56,943 nt of DNA, filler included, from Acidimicrobiia bacterium (GCA_029210695.1; 2 parts of 2 records of this genome joined end to end with filler, not necessarily neighbours in it), one strand, 5' to 3'; positions 40,148 to 50,696 are shown, counted from the whole stretch's first letter. Numbers and translations: made by a program. The notes: generated from the sequence alone by a model not told the origin.

Positions 40148-40413
40148 TGCTCCGTGCGCCTGCGGCGTCTGAAGGCTCCGGCCAGTTCCCAGATGACGAT
40201 TCCAACGACTGCCGCGCCGACCAGGAGGAGGATGATCGGCGTATCGAAGCTCCACCCGAAGAACTCAACGGTGGCGGTTTCCGAGTTCTGGAACGCGAAC
40301 GTCGCGAAAGCTCCGACCAGGATCACGACGAAACTCCACCGGGCGAGCCAGCGGATGTCCATCGGACGGTCGGGCTTCGAGGGTTGTGCCTGCTGTGGTG
40401 AGTCTTGCGTCAT
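40144..40413 (-). CDS. Small LapA/DUF1049-like membrane protein
   Basis: FAFQNSETATVEFFGW between two TM helices, basic tail. Confidence 0.75.
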   Translation of the reverse strand: MTQDSPQQAQPSKPDRPMDIRWLARWSFVVILVGAFATFAFQNSETATVEFFGWSFDTPIILLLVGAAVVGIVIWELAGAFRRRRRTEH

Positions 40414-40446
40414 TTGGCTGCTCCTGTCGTATTCGACTGCTCTGCT

Positions 40447-41376
40447 TTATCCGCCGGGCTTGTCCTGGTCGCTCCCGGCTGGAGACTGGGTAATCGGTAG
40501 AGAACCCTGGAAGAAGGTCCGCACGGTTGGGTAGGCCAGCTCGACCGTCGGATCGGCGGCGATCGCATCGAGTATCGACCGCCAGATGAGCTCCTCGGTC
40601 CCCCTCCTTCTGCGGGCGTCGACCAGGAAGCGGCCGGTGAGCAGCACGCCGCTGTCTCGCACCGTCATGTAGACAATGGGCGTGATCGCACCGATCTTGA
40701 TCTGGTAGCGCCGGGCGGTCGATCGGATCTGCATCTCGGCGGCCCGGTCCAGCTTGGGAGCGTGTTCTGCAAGGGCGGCGTTGAGCATCGCTTCGGCTGC
40801 CCGCCAGTTAGATTCGAAGGTCACCAGGAACGGCAGCTCGTGCCAGATGTACTCAAACCCTTCGGTGTAGTTGGCGATGGGGGTGGTGAATACGTTGCCG
40901 TTCGGGATGTGTATCAGCCTGCCCGTGGACTGGTCGGCGTCGACCCAGTTGCCGACTTCCATGAGGGAGAAACGGAAGAGGCGGATGTCCACGACATCTC
41001 CCCGGACTTCATTGATCTCGATGCGATCGCCGACCTTGAACGGCCGCCTGGTGAGCAGGTACATCCAGCCTGCCATGTTCTTGAGAACGTCTGATAAGGC
41101 GATCGCAATACCGGCCGACACGAGCCCCAGGTAGGTGGCCACGTTGTCGAAGGCATCGAGCCAGATCCATGTCAGGCCGAGAATGCCGATGATCGTCACC
41201 GTGTAGGTGGTCAGCTTGGTGGACCGGTACCCGGCCTCCCCGTCGTCGAGGCGCTGATGGATACTGCGCAGAATCAGGAACCGGACGACGAAGAGCACCA
41301 CCAGCGTGACAAACGAAGCCAGGAGTTTGCCCTGTAAGTCGGCGGCGATACCCAGGTTCTCGGTGATCCAGGTCAC
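40447..41376 (-). CDS. MscS-family mechanosensitive channel
   Basis: PFKVGDRIEI..GDVVDI, IPNG, LAYPT. Confidence 0.9.
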   Translation of the reverse strand: MTWITENLGIAADLQGKLLASFVTLVVLFVVRFLILRSIHQRLDDGEAGYRSTKLTTYTVTIIGILGLTWIWLDAFDNVATYLGLVSAGIAIALSDVLKNMAGWMYLLTRRPFKVGDRIEINEVRGDVVDIRLFRFSLMEVGNWVDADQSTGRLIHIPNGNVFTTPIANYTEGFEYIWHELPFLVTFESNWRAAEAMLNAALAEHAPKLDRAAEMQIRSTARRYQIKIGAITPIVYMTVRDSGVLLTGRFLVDARRRRGTEELIWRSILDAIAADPTVELAYPTVRTFFQGSLPITQSPAGSDQDKPGG

Positions 41377-42161
41377 AGGGGCGCTCCCAACCAGGAACGC
41401 ATGATCTCCTGTTCGAGACGACCTTTTTCGTAGAACGGTGAAGGGAAGCGCACGGTGAGCGCAACGTCGGTTGAGCCGCTGCTCTCCATGACGACGATCG
41501 GATCGACTGAGGGCAGGTCGAGGGAATGGAGCTTCGCCCGCCTCTCCATCTGCTCCCTTGCCTCTTCGAGGTAGTCGGCGCTTCTCTCACTGGCTTCCTG
41601 CAGCAGGGTCGCTTCGGCCGCCGGCCATTCGGAGCGCGGTACGATGACGGTGAAGGCGTGCAGAACGTAGTGGTGTCCAGAGGTTTCGTTTAGCACGGGC
41701 TGGGTCAAAAACATGCTGTTCGGGACGGTGATCGTTCGACCGGTGCGGGCATGCCCGGCCCCGACCTCGAGCAGCGTCGTGGCCAGCAGTGTGTGGTCGA
41801 TGACATCACCGCGGATGGCGCCGATTCCGATGCGGTCGCCCACGGTGAAACTGCGGCTACTGGTGCGGACCAGCGCCCCGCTGACGCACATGATGAGTTC
41901 CTTGGTGGCCAGCACGAAGGCCGCTCCGAGGGCAACGAGCGAGATTGCCGCAGTGCGTAACTCCTCCGCCCAGATGAACACCAAACCAATGGCCATGAGG
42001 ATGAACACGGCGTTGCGGATCTGCACGATCCAGCGCCGTCCGATCTGCGGTGACGCCCATTCCTGGCGACGTACCCACCGGACGGCTGCCCACCGCACGG
42101 TCAGCAAGCCGGCGAGAAGGACGCCGCTCGTGATCAGACTGCGAATCGTCCCGTCGCTCAT
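41373..42161 (-). CDS. MscS-family mechanosensitive channel (second paralogue)
   Basis: ATKELIMC, FTVGDRI..RGDVID, VPNS. Confidence 0.88.
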   Translation of the reverse strand: MSDGTIRSLITSGVLLAGLLTVRWAAVRWVRRQEWASPQIGRRWIVQIRNAVFILMAIGLVFIWAEELRTAAISLVALGAAFVLATKELIMCVSGALVRTSSRSFTVGDRIGIGAIRGDVIDHTLLATTLLEVGAGHARTGRTITVPNSMFLTQPVLNETSGHHYVLHAFTVIVPRSEWPAAEATLLQEASERSADYLEEAREQMERRAKLHSLDLPSVDPIVVMESSGSTDVALTVRFPSPFYEKGRLEQEIMRSWLGAPL

Positions 42162-42266
42162 GTTCCTACTTCGATCTCAGGCTTGATAGCCAGGTTACCG
42201 GCAAGAAATCCTGTGCCGGCGGCGCGATTCCCCCGGAAACGGGAACGAGCGACGCCAGTCGGGGAT

Positions 42267-43337
42267 TCAGGCGTTGATGGCCACCCGTTGCTCGAGCCGC
42301 TTCGACATAGCCCGCACTGCCGGAATCAGCACGATGATCCACACCAGTGCGATCACCAGTTGCCCCCAGACGTCGCCGAAGGAGGCGTCTTTGACGCCCA
42401 CCTCGAAGATCGGCTGGAGGAACCAGTAAGTAGGGGCGATTTTGGCGATCCACTGCGGCAGACTCGGCCAGATGTAGAAGACGACCGGGTAGAACAGGAG
42501 GATTCCGCCCGACTTCATCAGGGCGAAGAGCGTATTCGAATCCTTGGCGAAGATGCCGAGGATGAGGCCTATCTCCGCCATCATTACGGCCGCGACGAGC
42601 AGCGCCAGCATCAGCGTGAAGGGATGGTTCCCGAACGCGTTGTTGAGCAGCAGCGTGATGATGCCGGTGGCCATGGCCAGGACTATGCCGAGGCCGGCCT
42701 TCCCGGCAAGGAAATCAGTGACGGTGGCAGGCGTGACCAGAACCGAGTTGATCGTGCCCTTTTCCTTCTCCTGGACGATGGAAGCAGCAGGAACGAACGC
42801 CCCGGCAATGGCCACCGCATACATCATGAGCAACGGGACCATGCGGGTGGCGATCGGCACGGCCTCCGCATCGCCAATGGTGACGACATCGACTGCAACG
42901 GGGGCGGGCTCTCCGGTCACCTGACGAACCAGATCGAGTGCCGTTACCTGGAGAATAATGCGATTGGATGCCAGGCTCTCACCGCCGATGTAGAACACCA
43001 AAGGGGGTCTGGTTCCGTCCCGCACGGCGGAGTCGAATCCATCGCTCAAGACCAGTCCGGCATCGAGGTCATTCGCCTCGACCATGGTCTTGAGGGTGTC
43101 GATGGAGGCCATCGTCGTCACCTCAATCCCATCGAGTTCCTGCGCAGCCCGGACCACCGCCGAGTTGCCCTCATCGACAATGCCCAACCGAGGGCTCGGC
43201 GCAAAGAGCGATCCAAACACACCGACGATGATGAACGTCATGACGACGGGCAGAACCAGTGCGTAGAGGAAAAGGGGCGAGCGCGGTCCCATGCGGAGTT
43301 CCTTCCGCATGATGTGCCATGCCTTTGTGGCGTTCAT
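42267..43337 (-). CDS. ABC-2 type exporter permease
   Basis: EKEKGTINSVLVTPA, PTYW, six-TM layout. Confidence 0.88.
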   Translation of the reverse strand: MNATKAWHIMRKELRMGPRSPLFLYALVLPVVMTFIIVGVFGSLFAPSPRLGIVDEGNSAVVRAAQELDGIEVTTMASIDTLKTMVEANDLDAGLVLSDGFDSAVRDGTRPPLVFYIGGESLASNRIILQVTALDLVRQVTGEPAPVAVDVVTIGDAEAVPIATRMVPLLMMYAVAIAGAFVPAASIVQEKEKGTINSVLVTPATVTDFLAGKAGLGIVLAMATGIITLLLNNAFGNHPFTLMLALLVAAVMMAEIGLILGIFAKDSNTLFALMKSGGILLFYPVVFYIWPSLPQWIAKIAPTYWFLQPIFEVGVKDASFGDVWGQLVIALVWIIVLIPAVRAMSKRLEQRVAINA

Positions 43338-44446
43338 AGCGACTGCACCTTCTTTCTCAATATGCCCATTCCAACGACGAATGCCACCACCGTCCACGCC
43401 GCGACCGATCCGAGATTTGGCAGTGCCTCAGCCCACCCCTCACCGTAGACCGTCGTGCCGGTGATCGTTTCGACCAATCCGTAGGAGGGGATTGCCCTGA
43501 TCCACGTCGAGGCCGATCCTGGGAAGAGCAGTCCGAACGCCGGAATCAGCATCGGGATCATGAACAGCATGCTCCAGAACAACACGCTGATGAAGTCCTT
43601 TCCGAATGCCCCGGCGATCAGCGCAAACGCAGTCACCATCAACGAACCCAACAAGAGCGTGGTCAACAGCAACACCGGTTCGGTGCCAAGTGATCGGATG
43701 GCGATGAGCAGGATCACCACCTGGGTGAACGCCAGCAGTGCCCCGAAGATGATTTTGGCAGTGAGGAAATCGGAGAGCCGGGCAGGTGTCGTGATGACGG
43801 CCGTCACCGTTCTGGACTGCATTTCGGCGGCGATGAGGCCGGCCAGCGACATCATCTCGATCAACAGGACCAGGAAGGCCAGCATTGGTCTGAACTTCTC
43901 GCGAAGCGAGACTTGATCACCCAGACGATCGACACCGAGTATTTCTTCCTGATAGTCGACCGGCAGCGGGTTGCCGCTGATGGCGAAGGCAGCTTCCTTG
44001 ATGAACGAATCCATTGCGGTGCGGAGTTCGTCCGGCACTTCGGCGGTGGCGATCACGCTAACGGTCGTCGGCTCCCCCGCCGCGATGGCGCTGAAGAAGT
44101 CCTGCGGGAAGGCAAGACCGAGCGCGACATCCTGGCCGCCCTCCTCAACTGCGGTCATGAGGGTCTCCCGTGAGTCGAATGGAACAACAGTGAGGCCCTC
44201 GGACTCGGCTCCGGTGGCCTGCTCGAGCAACTGCTCGATTCCCGCCCCGGTCGCACCAATGGTGATTGATTCGTCGACCGTGTCGGGGAGGAACCAGAAG
44301 ATGGCAACGTAGAGAATCAAGCCGACGATCGACATGTAGAAGTAGAAGCGGTCCCGACGAAACGCCCTGAAATCCTTGCGGACGATGGTGGCGATGATCG
44401 TCCGCCGTGACACCCTCCGGGGTGGAGCGACGTTGGTGTTGGTCAT
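43334..44446 (-). CDS. ABC-2 type exporter permease
   Basis: EMQSRTVTAVITTPA, IPSY; overlaps both neighbours. Confidence 0.88.
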   Translation of the reverse strand: MTNTNVAPPRRVSRRTIIATIVRKDFRAFRRDRFYFYMSIVGLILYVAIFWFLPDTVDESITIGATGAGIEQLLEQATGAESEGLTVVPFDSRETLMTAVEEGGQDVALGLAFPQDFFSAIAAGEPTTVSVIATAEVPDELRTAMDSFIKEAAFAISGNPLPVDYQEEILGVDRLGDQVSLREKFRPMLAFLVLLIEMMSLAGLIAAEMQSRTVTAVITTPARLSDFLTAKIIFGALLAFTQVVILLIAIRSLGTEPVLLLTTLLLGSLMVTAFALIAGAFGKDFISVLFWSMLFMIPMLIPAFGLLFPGSASTWIRAIPSYGLVETITGTTVYGEGWAEALPNLGSVAAWTVVAFVVGMGILRKKVQSL

Positions 44447-45312
44447 GCGTCCAGCCCTCGCCCGGTCAGCTTGATGAAGATGTCTTCGAGGGTTGCCTCT
44501 TCGGTGTGGATGGTCATCAGTCCTTCGACCGCAACCGCCTCGCGGATTTGATCTCCGGCGCTGGATTCGTCGAGGCTGATCACCCGGACGTCTACGTCGC
44601 CACCGTTGCGCGAACGGATGCGCACCGTGCGTTGACCGTATTCGAGCTTGAGGTTGTCGGAAGTGTCCAGCGCCGCGATCCGCCCCTCGTTGATGAATGC
44701 CACCCGGTCGGACAGTTGGTCGGCCTCATGCATGTCGTGCGTAGTGAGGATCACGGCGGCGCCGCGCTCGGCTTCGGCCTTGATTACGTTTCGGACTGCT
44801 TGGGAGGACACGGGATCGAGGCCGTCGGTCGGTTCGTCGAGGAACAGAATATCCGGGTCGTTGATCATCGCCCGCGTCATCATGAGACGCTGGCGCATTC
44901 CCTTCGAGTAGCTGGCGACCCGGTCGTCCGCCCGGTCGATGAGGCCGACTTTCCGCAAGAACGGATCGAAGTCCCTTCCTTTGATCCCGTAGAGGCGGGC
45001 AAAGAAGTCGAGATTCTCCCTGCCAGACATGTTCTCGTAGAGGTTCTTCTCCTCAAAACAGACACCAATCCGGGCCTGGATATCGAGCGTCTGGGCGGGC
45101 ATCGTCATTCCGAGCACCGAGATGGATCCCGAGTCGGGACGGAGCTGGCCGGTGAGCATCTTGATTGTGGTGGACTTCCCTGCGCCGTTTGGTCCGAGGA
45201 AGCCGAGGATCTCGCCGGGCGCGACGGAGAAGCTCACGCCGTCCACGGCCTGGATGTCGCCGTATGCGAATGAAAGGTCGCTGACTTCGATTGCGTTGCC
45301 GGTGTTGGTCAT
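44443..45312 (-). CDS. ABC exporter ATP-binding protein
   Basis: GPNGAGKST, YSKGMRQR, LDEPT, TTH. Confidence 0.94.
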   Translation of the reverse strand: MTNTGNAIEVSDLSFAYGDIQAVDGVSFSVAPGEILGFLGPNGAGKSTTIKMLTGQLRPDSGSISVLGMTMPAQTLDIQARIGVCFEEKNLYENMSGRENLDFFARLYGIKGRDFDPFLRKVGLIDRADDRVASYSKGMRQRLMMTRAMINDPDILFLDEPTDGLDPVSSQAVRNVIKAEAERGAAVILTTHDMHEADQLSDRVAFINEGRIAALDTSDNLKLEYGQRTVRIRSRNGGDVDVRVISLDESSAGDQIREAVAVEGLMTIHTEEATLEDIFIKLTGRGLDA

Positions 45313-45770
45313 CGGGCTTCCTTCCGTGCGTGCCAGCGCTGAGCCAGTTCCGCCATTTCGGTGTCCAAGAAGTTGAGTAGGTCGGCCAGCTGGTTGATGC
45401 GTTCGTGACGATCGGGTGGATCGGAGGCAAGTATCTGGTGACCCTCATCGACGATTCTGCGCAGGCCGATCATCCCGATTCGCTTCTCGTCGAGGAGGAA
45501 TTCCCAGGCGTCCGTTGCCATGCGGTAGTAGGTGGCGCGATCGCGCGGGAACGTGATTCGTTCGATGAAACCGATCTGCTCCAGGATGCGGGCGTTGGTG
45601 GAGACCGTGCCGGCGCTCATATGGAGTGTTTCCTGCAATTGCCTCGAGGACTGGTGAGGCGGGTCGCTGATCAGCAGCCACCCAAGCATCTTGCCCTGTG
45701 CCCGACTCCCGCCCCGGTCGGACCAGTAGCGCCCGACGTGCTCGGCGTACTCAGCTTTCTGTACGTTCAT
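45309..45770 (-). CDS. GbsR/MarR-family transcriptional regulator
   Basis: GKMLGWLLISDPPHQS..SAGTVSTNARIL..GFIER..DRATYY. Confidence 0.85.
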   Translation of the reverse strand: MNVQKAEYAEHVGRYWSDRGGSRAQGKMLGWLLISDPPHQSSRQLQETLHMSAGTVSTNARILEQIGFIERITFPRDRATYYRMATDAWEFLLDEKRIGMIGLRRIVDEGHQILASDPPDRHERINQLADLLNFLDTEMAELAQRWHARKEAR

Positions 45771-45771
45771 T

Positions 45772-45809
45772 ACTTTTAGATCATACTGAAAGTTTGTGCC
45801 TACAGTCAA
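45772..45809 (-). promoter_or_regulatory. Promoter and operator of the GbsR-ABC operon
   Basis: Minus strand TTGACT-N18-TATGAT; inverted repeat ACTTTCAG-TATGAT-CTAAAAGT (one mismatch) wraps the -10 box. Confidence 0.7.
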
Positions 45810-45812
45810 GAG

Positions 45813-45921
45813 TTTCTCAGCAATGCAATGGCGCGTGACAGTCCACAGCATTGCGCAGAAGATCGGGGGCCTTTTCTCGGCAATGCAATGGCGCGTTTTC
45901 GATACACAGCATTGCGGAGAA
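45813..45921. repeat. Two tandem palindromic units (REP-like), 60-bp period
   Basis: TTTCTCrGCAATGCAATGGCGCGT..CACAGCATTGCGsAGAA starting at 45813 and 45873. Confidence 0.8.
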
Positions 45922-45934
45922 AACCGGAAATTGA

Positions 45935-45965
45935 ATGGGGCCGGTCGGGAGGAGACCGGCCCCAT
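45935..45965 (-). terminator. Hairpin terminator
   Basis: ATGGGGCCGGTC-N7-GACCGGCCCCAT, just after the stop at 45980. Confidence 0.65.
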
Positions 45966-45979
45966 GGGTTGGGAGGGAG

Positions 45980-46633
45980 TTAGGCGCCGAGGCTGGTTTC
46001 TGCACCTTCGACATCGGAGAGCTGTTCCCGGAGTCGATCGATCATGTCCTGCATCTGGGGCGGGACCTCAACGCCGAACTGCTCGGTTATCTGGTCGATC
46101 ATGCCCTGGAGGTCTTCGGCGTTGAAGTCACCGAAACCGTGGAACTGATGGAACCCTTCGCCCATCATGCCGGGGCCCATGTGCCCGCGTCCGCCGAACG
46201 GGAATCCGCCTTCGGGTATGACGCCATCGAATTCAAACATGTGACCGCCGAAGAAGTCTTCGCCGAGGAGACCCTGCATCTCTTCGAGCCATGTATCGAA
46301 CTCAGGTGTTCCGGGAGGCCCGGGTGGAGCCGTCACGCCGTCAGGCAGTTCATCGAGGAAGCCCTCCATCCGGAAATGGAAGCGGTCCGCTCCGGAAGGC
46401 ATCTTCTGGCTCATCCGTTCCCGGATGGCGTCGGCCTGGCTGCTATCGATGACCTTCTCGTTCACGAGTTCGTCGAGAACTTCATCGAGTGGTGCGAACC
46501 GGTATTTGGTGACGGTGTCCGAGCCGTCGGACTCCTGAGCTAGGGCGCCGTCTGGACCCAGTAGGGCGAATCCGCCCAGGGCAAGAGCTGCCGTGATGAT
46601 CACCGCCATCGATCCAATGAGAATCTTCTTCAT
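45980..46633 (-). CDS. Secreted hypothetical protein (Gly/Phe/Met/His-rich)
   Basis: Signal peptide MKKILIG..ALA|QE; LDELVNEKVIDSSQADAI. Confidence 0.75.
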   Translation of the reverse strand: MKKILIGSMAVIITAALALGGFALLGPDGALAQESDGSDTVTKYRFAPLDEVLDELVNEKVIDSSQADAIRERMSQKMPSGADRFHFRMEGFLDELPDGVTAPPGPPGTPEFDTWLEEMQGLLGEDFFGGHMFEFDGVIPEGGFPFGGRGHMGPGMMGEGFHQFHGFGDFNAEDLQGMIDQITEQFGVEVPPQMQDMIDRLREQLSDVEGAETSLGA

Positions 46634-46811
46634 GCGTGTAGCTACCTCCATGCACAGAGTATCGGATGCACGTCTGAATGACGTCTGAGAGTGATCTAAG
46701 AATCCGCTGAGAACACGGGCAGCGGCCGGCCGGCGGGTCTGGATGAGCGTGCGACGAACTGCTTGCCGGGTGTACCTTTGGGGTGGCGCGGCGCCGAGGT
46801 AACCTTGGTTG

Positions 46812-47201
46812 GTGGAACTGGGGACGCTGACAATCGAGTTTGGCACGCTGACTTTGCGCACCGACGGCATTCTTCATGTCGTGTTTGATTTCGACGGGGA
46901 AGCCACCAAAGAAGCTGCCGTCGAATACCTGGAGGCGAGGGCCGAGCTGGGCGTTTCTCCACCCCCACCCGTGTTGCTGGAAATCGTGCAAATCCCCTAT
47001 GTCGAGCGTTCGATCAGGTCGTTCTTCATGGACGGCCTTCCTACGCCACCCTGCCGGGCCGTGGTCGCCAGTGATGACGCATTTCTGACGATGTATAGGA
47101 CCTTCCAGCTGGTTGAGCCGACGGCTGTTCCCACGGAGGTGTTCCCGACCGTCGAGGCTGCAGTGGCGTGGATACACGAGCAGACATCGCTTCTTGCGTG
47201 A
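46812..47201 (+). CDS. Hypothetical protein, STAS/SEC14-like small fold
   Basis: DGILHV..PVLL..RAVV..PTEVFPTVEAAVAWI pattern; -10 TAACCT lies 6 nt before the GTG. Confidence 0.65.
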   Translation: MELGTLTIEFGTLTLRTDGILHVVFDFDGEATKEAAVEYLEARAELGVSPPPPVLLEIVQIPYVERSIRSFFMDGLPTPPCRAVVASDDAFLTMYRTFQLVEPTAVPTEVFPTVEAAVAWIHEQTSLLA

Positions 47202-47253
47202 GATTCGTACGCTGAGGGCGCCGAATCGACGCACGAATCGGTCCCTTCTCGGA

Positions 47254-48693
47254 CTACCAGCTCTCAGGAGTCGGCTGCCCCTCCGTGTACCCGGTGAATG
47301 ACTGAACGCCGACGATGGCCCGCTCGTGGAACTCGTCGATCGTCTTGGCCCCAACATAGGTGCTCGCCGACCGGACTCCGGTCACGATACGGTCGAGGAT
47401 GTCTTCCACGCTCGGCGTCCGAGGATCGAGGTACATGCGGGAATGGGAGATTCCCTCTTCGAACATCTCTTTGCGAGCTCGCTCAAAGGGTGTCTCGCCC
47501 CGCGATCGGAACGTGACCGCCCGGCGGGAGGCCATCCCGTAGTTCTCTTTGTAGAGGCGCCCGTCGGAGTCGCGCAGGGTGTCGGCGGCGGATTCAAACG
47601 TGCCGGCGAACCACGACCCGATCATGACGTTGGCCGCCCCGGCTGCCAGTGCCAGCGCGACGTCGCGCGGATGACGGATCCCGCCATCCGCCCATATGTG
47701 CTTCCCGGCGGCCCGGGCGGTCGCCGCGCAGTCGAGCACGGCGGAGAACTGTGGCCGGCCGACCCCGGTCATCATCCGGGTGGTGCACATCGCCCCGGGT
47801 CCGACGCCGACCTTGACGATATCGGCCCCGGCGTTGATGAGATCCTTGGTGCCCTGGGCGGTGACGACATTGCCGGCTACTACGGGGAGCTCGTCATTCA
47901 CCGACCTCACTGCCGTCAATGCGTCGAGCATCTTCTGCTGATGGCCGTGGGCGGTATCCACCACGATCACGTCGACGCCGACCTCCATGAGCATCCTCGT
48001 CTTGGCGGCGACGTCTCCATTCACCCCGACCGCAGCTGCGACCAACAGACGGCCGGTGGCATCGAGCGCCGGCCGGTAGTGCGTCGTACGCAATGCCCCC
48101 TTCTCGGTGATGACCCCGGTTAGACGGCCTTCGTCATCAATGACCGGAGCCAAATGCACCCGGCGTTCTGCGAGGGAGCTGAATAGCTCCTCGGGCGGCA
48201 ACTTGTCGGAGAGGGCGATCGTGTGCGAACTCATCACATCTCCGAGGGGCGTGAATCGGTCGAAACCCTCGCTGTCGAGTTCGGTGAAGATGCCGACCGG
48301 CCGGTGGGATCGGTCCACCACGATCACCGCACCGTGCGAGCGCTTGTGCATGAGGTCGAGCGCATTGACGATTCGATCGGTTGGATGCAGGGTGATCGGG
48401 GTGTCGAATACGAGGTGGCTGCGCTTGACCGCGGCGGTCATATCGGAGATGGCCTCCGCCGGGATGTCCTGAGGGAGCACAGCGACACCTCCGCGTCTGG
48501 CAACCGTTTCGGCCATGCGCCTACCGGCGACTGCCGTCATGTTTGCCACCACAACCGGAATCGTGGTGCCGATGCCGTCGGGAGTCGTCAAATCCACCTG
48601 CATGCGCGAGCCGACGTCGGCGAAGCTAGGGGCAAGAAACACGTCCGAGTAGGTGAGCTCGTGGGAAGGCCGACGATCGTTGAGGAACTGCAT
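47254..48693 (-). CDS. guaB1: GuaB1-family IMP dehydrogenase-related protein (GMP reductase) with CBS domains
   Basis: [57 protein letters not shown]. Confidence 0.92.
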   Translation of the reverse strand: MQFLNDRRPSHELTYSDVFLAPSFADVGSRMQVDLTTPDGIGTTIPVVVANMTAVAGRRMAETVARRGGVAVLPQDIPAEAISDMTAAVKRSHLVFDTPITLHPTDRIVNALDLMHKRSHGAVIVVDRSHRPVGIFTELDSEGFDRFTPLGDVMSSHTIALSDKLPPEELFSSLAERRVHLAPVIDDEGRLTGVITEKGALRTTHYRPALDATGRLLVAAAVGVNGDVAAKTRMLMEVGVDVIVVDTAHGHQQKMLDALTAVRSVNDELPVVAGNVVTAQGTKDLINAGADIVKVGVGPGAMCTTRMMTGVGRPQFSAVLDCAATARAAGKHIWADGGIRHPRDVALALAAGAANVMIGSWFAGTFESAADTLRDSDGRLYKENYGMASRRAVTFRSRGETPFERARKEMFEEGISHSRMYLDPRTPSVEDILDRIVTGVRSASTYVGAKTIDEFHERAIVGVQSFTGYTEGQPTPESW

Positions 48694-48795
48694 GAGTGCC
48701 TTTGGTCTATACCGACGAGTATGGCACGGGTACATAGCCCGGCCCTACTGCAACCGGCCGGGAACTCGCAGGGTGGCTACAAGCGTCGAATCCCC

Positions 48796-49575
48796 ATGAA
48801 CAAGACCCGGACCTCGACTGCGCTGATCTTGATGCTGGTGACCGTATCGTGTGGCTCCGAACTGTCGGGGACTCCTGGATCGACCTCCACGACCTCCGGA
48901 TTCGCAGCCGTTCAGGTGAATCCCGCCCTCGAGGTAGGGCCGATGGATGCTGTCGTGACCTGGTGGTCGCCGTCCCCATGGAGCGCGATCCGGCGCGGCT
49001 CCGCAGTGGAGTTGTTGCTGCGCCTCCAGGTTGGGGATGAGGATTCCGAGACCGTCGTCTTGCAGCTGATCGATGACAACGGTCCGTTCCTGGGCTCTGG
49101 GTCGATATCCTCGACCGCCTGGGACGGCGCCGGGATGAATGAACGGACGACGCCGGTGTCCCCCGACGATGTCACGATCCGGGACTGGGATCTCGACGGC
49201 GTCGTGGGCGGCGTGATCCGCGGCGGGCGAGAGGATCTGCGCTTCTGGGTCGATCTGGCCAATCCAATCCAACGGAAAGACGTTGGTGCGTCCACGTGGC
49301 TGGAGGAGGGTGGTCTGGTCGAAGTTGGCGGAGCATTTGTGCAGTTCGTTCGGATACTGAACGATTCCCGGTGCCCGCTGGATGTGACGTGCGTATGGGC
49401 AGGTGAACTGACCGTCGAGATGTACATCCACTCCGAGGTCGCCCAATCGTTCGAGTTGACTCTGCCGGGCGACCCGGTCACCGTTGACTGGGGCGGGCTC
49501 ACCTACCAGGTGTCGATTGGCGATGCACTCCCAAAGAACCCGATCGAGATCGAGCTCCTGATCGAGAGCGCCTGA
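48796..49575 (+). CDS. Hypothetical lipoprotein
   Basis: Lipobox VTVS-C; C-terminal DSRCPLDVTCVWAGE domain. Confidence 0.75.
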   Translation: MNKTRTSTALILMLVTVSCGSELSGTPGSTSTTSGFAAVQVNPALEVGPMDAVVTWWSPSPWSAIRRGSAVELLLRLQVGDEDSETVVLQLIDDNGPFLGSGSISSTAWDGAGMNERTTPVSPDDVTIRDWDLDGVVGGVIRGGREDLRFWVDLANPIQRKDVGASTWLEEGGLVEVGGAFVQFVRILNDSRCPLDVTCVWAGELTVEMYIHSEVAQSFELTLPGDPVTVDWGGLTYQVSIGDALPKNPIEIELLIESA

Positions 49576-49622
49576 GCGCCTGGCTCGAGCAAATCGAATC
49601 CTCATCGGTTAGCTTCCTCCGC

Positions 49623-50666
49623 ATGCCCTCCCGGCCTTTCGATCCACCGGTGCTGCCGATGAAAGCCAAAGTCAGAGAAGTACCACCGCGCCCGCCCGGC
49701 TGGGTCTACGAGCCCAAGTGGGACGGGTTTCGGATGATCGCCTGGGGAGGCCGGGAGCCCCGGCTCGACAGTCGCAACGGGAAGCCGCTCCTTCGCTACT
49801 TCCCCGAGTTAGAGCCGGCCCTTGCTCAGCTGCCGGAGGGGACGGTTGTCGACGGTGAAGTCGTGATCGTTGTCGACGGTGTCACGGAGTTCGACACCCT
49901 GCAGCTGCGTATCCATCCCGCCGCCTCCCGGGTTGAGCTTCTCTCAAATCAGACCCCCGCCGAGCTCGTCGCATTCGACCTCGTCGCAGAAGATGGAGAG
50001 GATCTGCGGACGCGGCCCTATGAGGAGCGGCGTGGCCGGCTCGAACTCCTTTTCCAGCGCCTCGAGTTCCCCTGGCATCTGACGCCGGTGACGTCCGACT
50101 TCGAGGAAGCTTCTCGATGGTTCGTCGAGTTCGAGGGGGCCGGGTGCGACGGGATCATCTGCAAACAAGCCGACGGGCCTTACCGGGACGATAAGCGGGA
50201 TTGGATCAAGTGGAAGCACCGCCGCGATGCAGACTGCGTTGTCGGTGGCTACCGGATCCACAAGGACGGCAACAAGATCGGCTCCCTCTTGCTCGGCCTC
50301 TTCAACGATAAAGGCGAACTGCACTTCATCGGGCACTGCTCGGGTTTCAGCAACGTTGACCGGGTGGCGATCCTCAACCAACTCGAGCAGATTCGGACCG
50401 ATCAGAGCTTCGGAGCTGATGGGGCCGACGTACGCGTGCCCGGTGGTGAATCGCGCTGGTCGGGGGGAAAGGACCTCTCGTGGATCCCTGTTGAGCCCGG
50501 CGTGGTCGTGCAGATCAGCTACGACCAGCTCGAGGGAGGCAGGTTCCGTCACGCCACTCGCTTCGAGCGCTGGCGTCCCGACAAGCCGGCTGAGGAGTGC
50601 ACGATGGATCAACTGATCCGTCCCGAGGGTGCAGCGTTCAACGTCATCGTGGCAGGACAAACCTAG
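49623..50666 (+). CDS. ligC: ATP-dependent DNA ligase, LigC type
   Basis: YEPKWDGFR, LDSRNGKPLLRYFPE, VDGEVV, AFDL, GSLLLGL, RWRPDK. Confidence 0.92.
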   Translation: MPSRPFDPPVLPMKAKVREVPPRPPGWVYEPKWDGFRMIAWGGREPRLDSRNGKPLLRYFPELEPALAQLPEGTVVDGEVVIVVDGVTEFDTLQLRIHPAASRVELLSNQTPAELVAFDLVAEDGEDLRTRPYEERRGRLELLFQRLEFPWHLTPVTSDFEEASRWFVEFEGAGCDGIICKQADGPYRDDKRDWIKWKHRRDADCVVGGYRIHKDGNKIGSLLLGLFNDKGELHFIGHCSGFSNVDRVAILNQLEQIRTDQSFGADGADVRVPGGESRWSGGKDLSWIPVEPGVVVQISYDQLEGGRFRHATRFERWRPDKPAEECTMDQLIRPEGAAFNVIVAGQT

Positions 50667-50696
50667 AACGCAGAACTTAAAACTTAATACCTCGCG

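Noticed and set aside
42183..43448. 421-aa plus-strand ORF
   Set aside because: Antisense frame of the ABC permease.
45813..45921. Possible mini-CRISPR
   Set aside because: Only two units, variation lies inside the palindrome loop, the gap is about 12 bp, and there are no cas genes.
48223..48795. N-terminal extension of the 450-aa ORF
   Set aside because: It overlaps guaB1 antisense; the lipoprotein signal peptide begins at ATG 48796.
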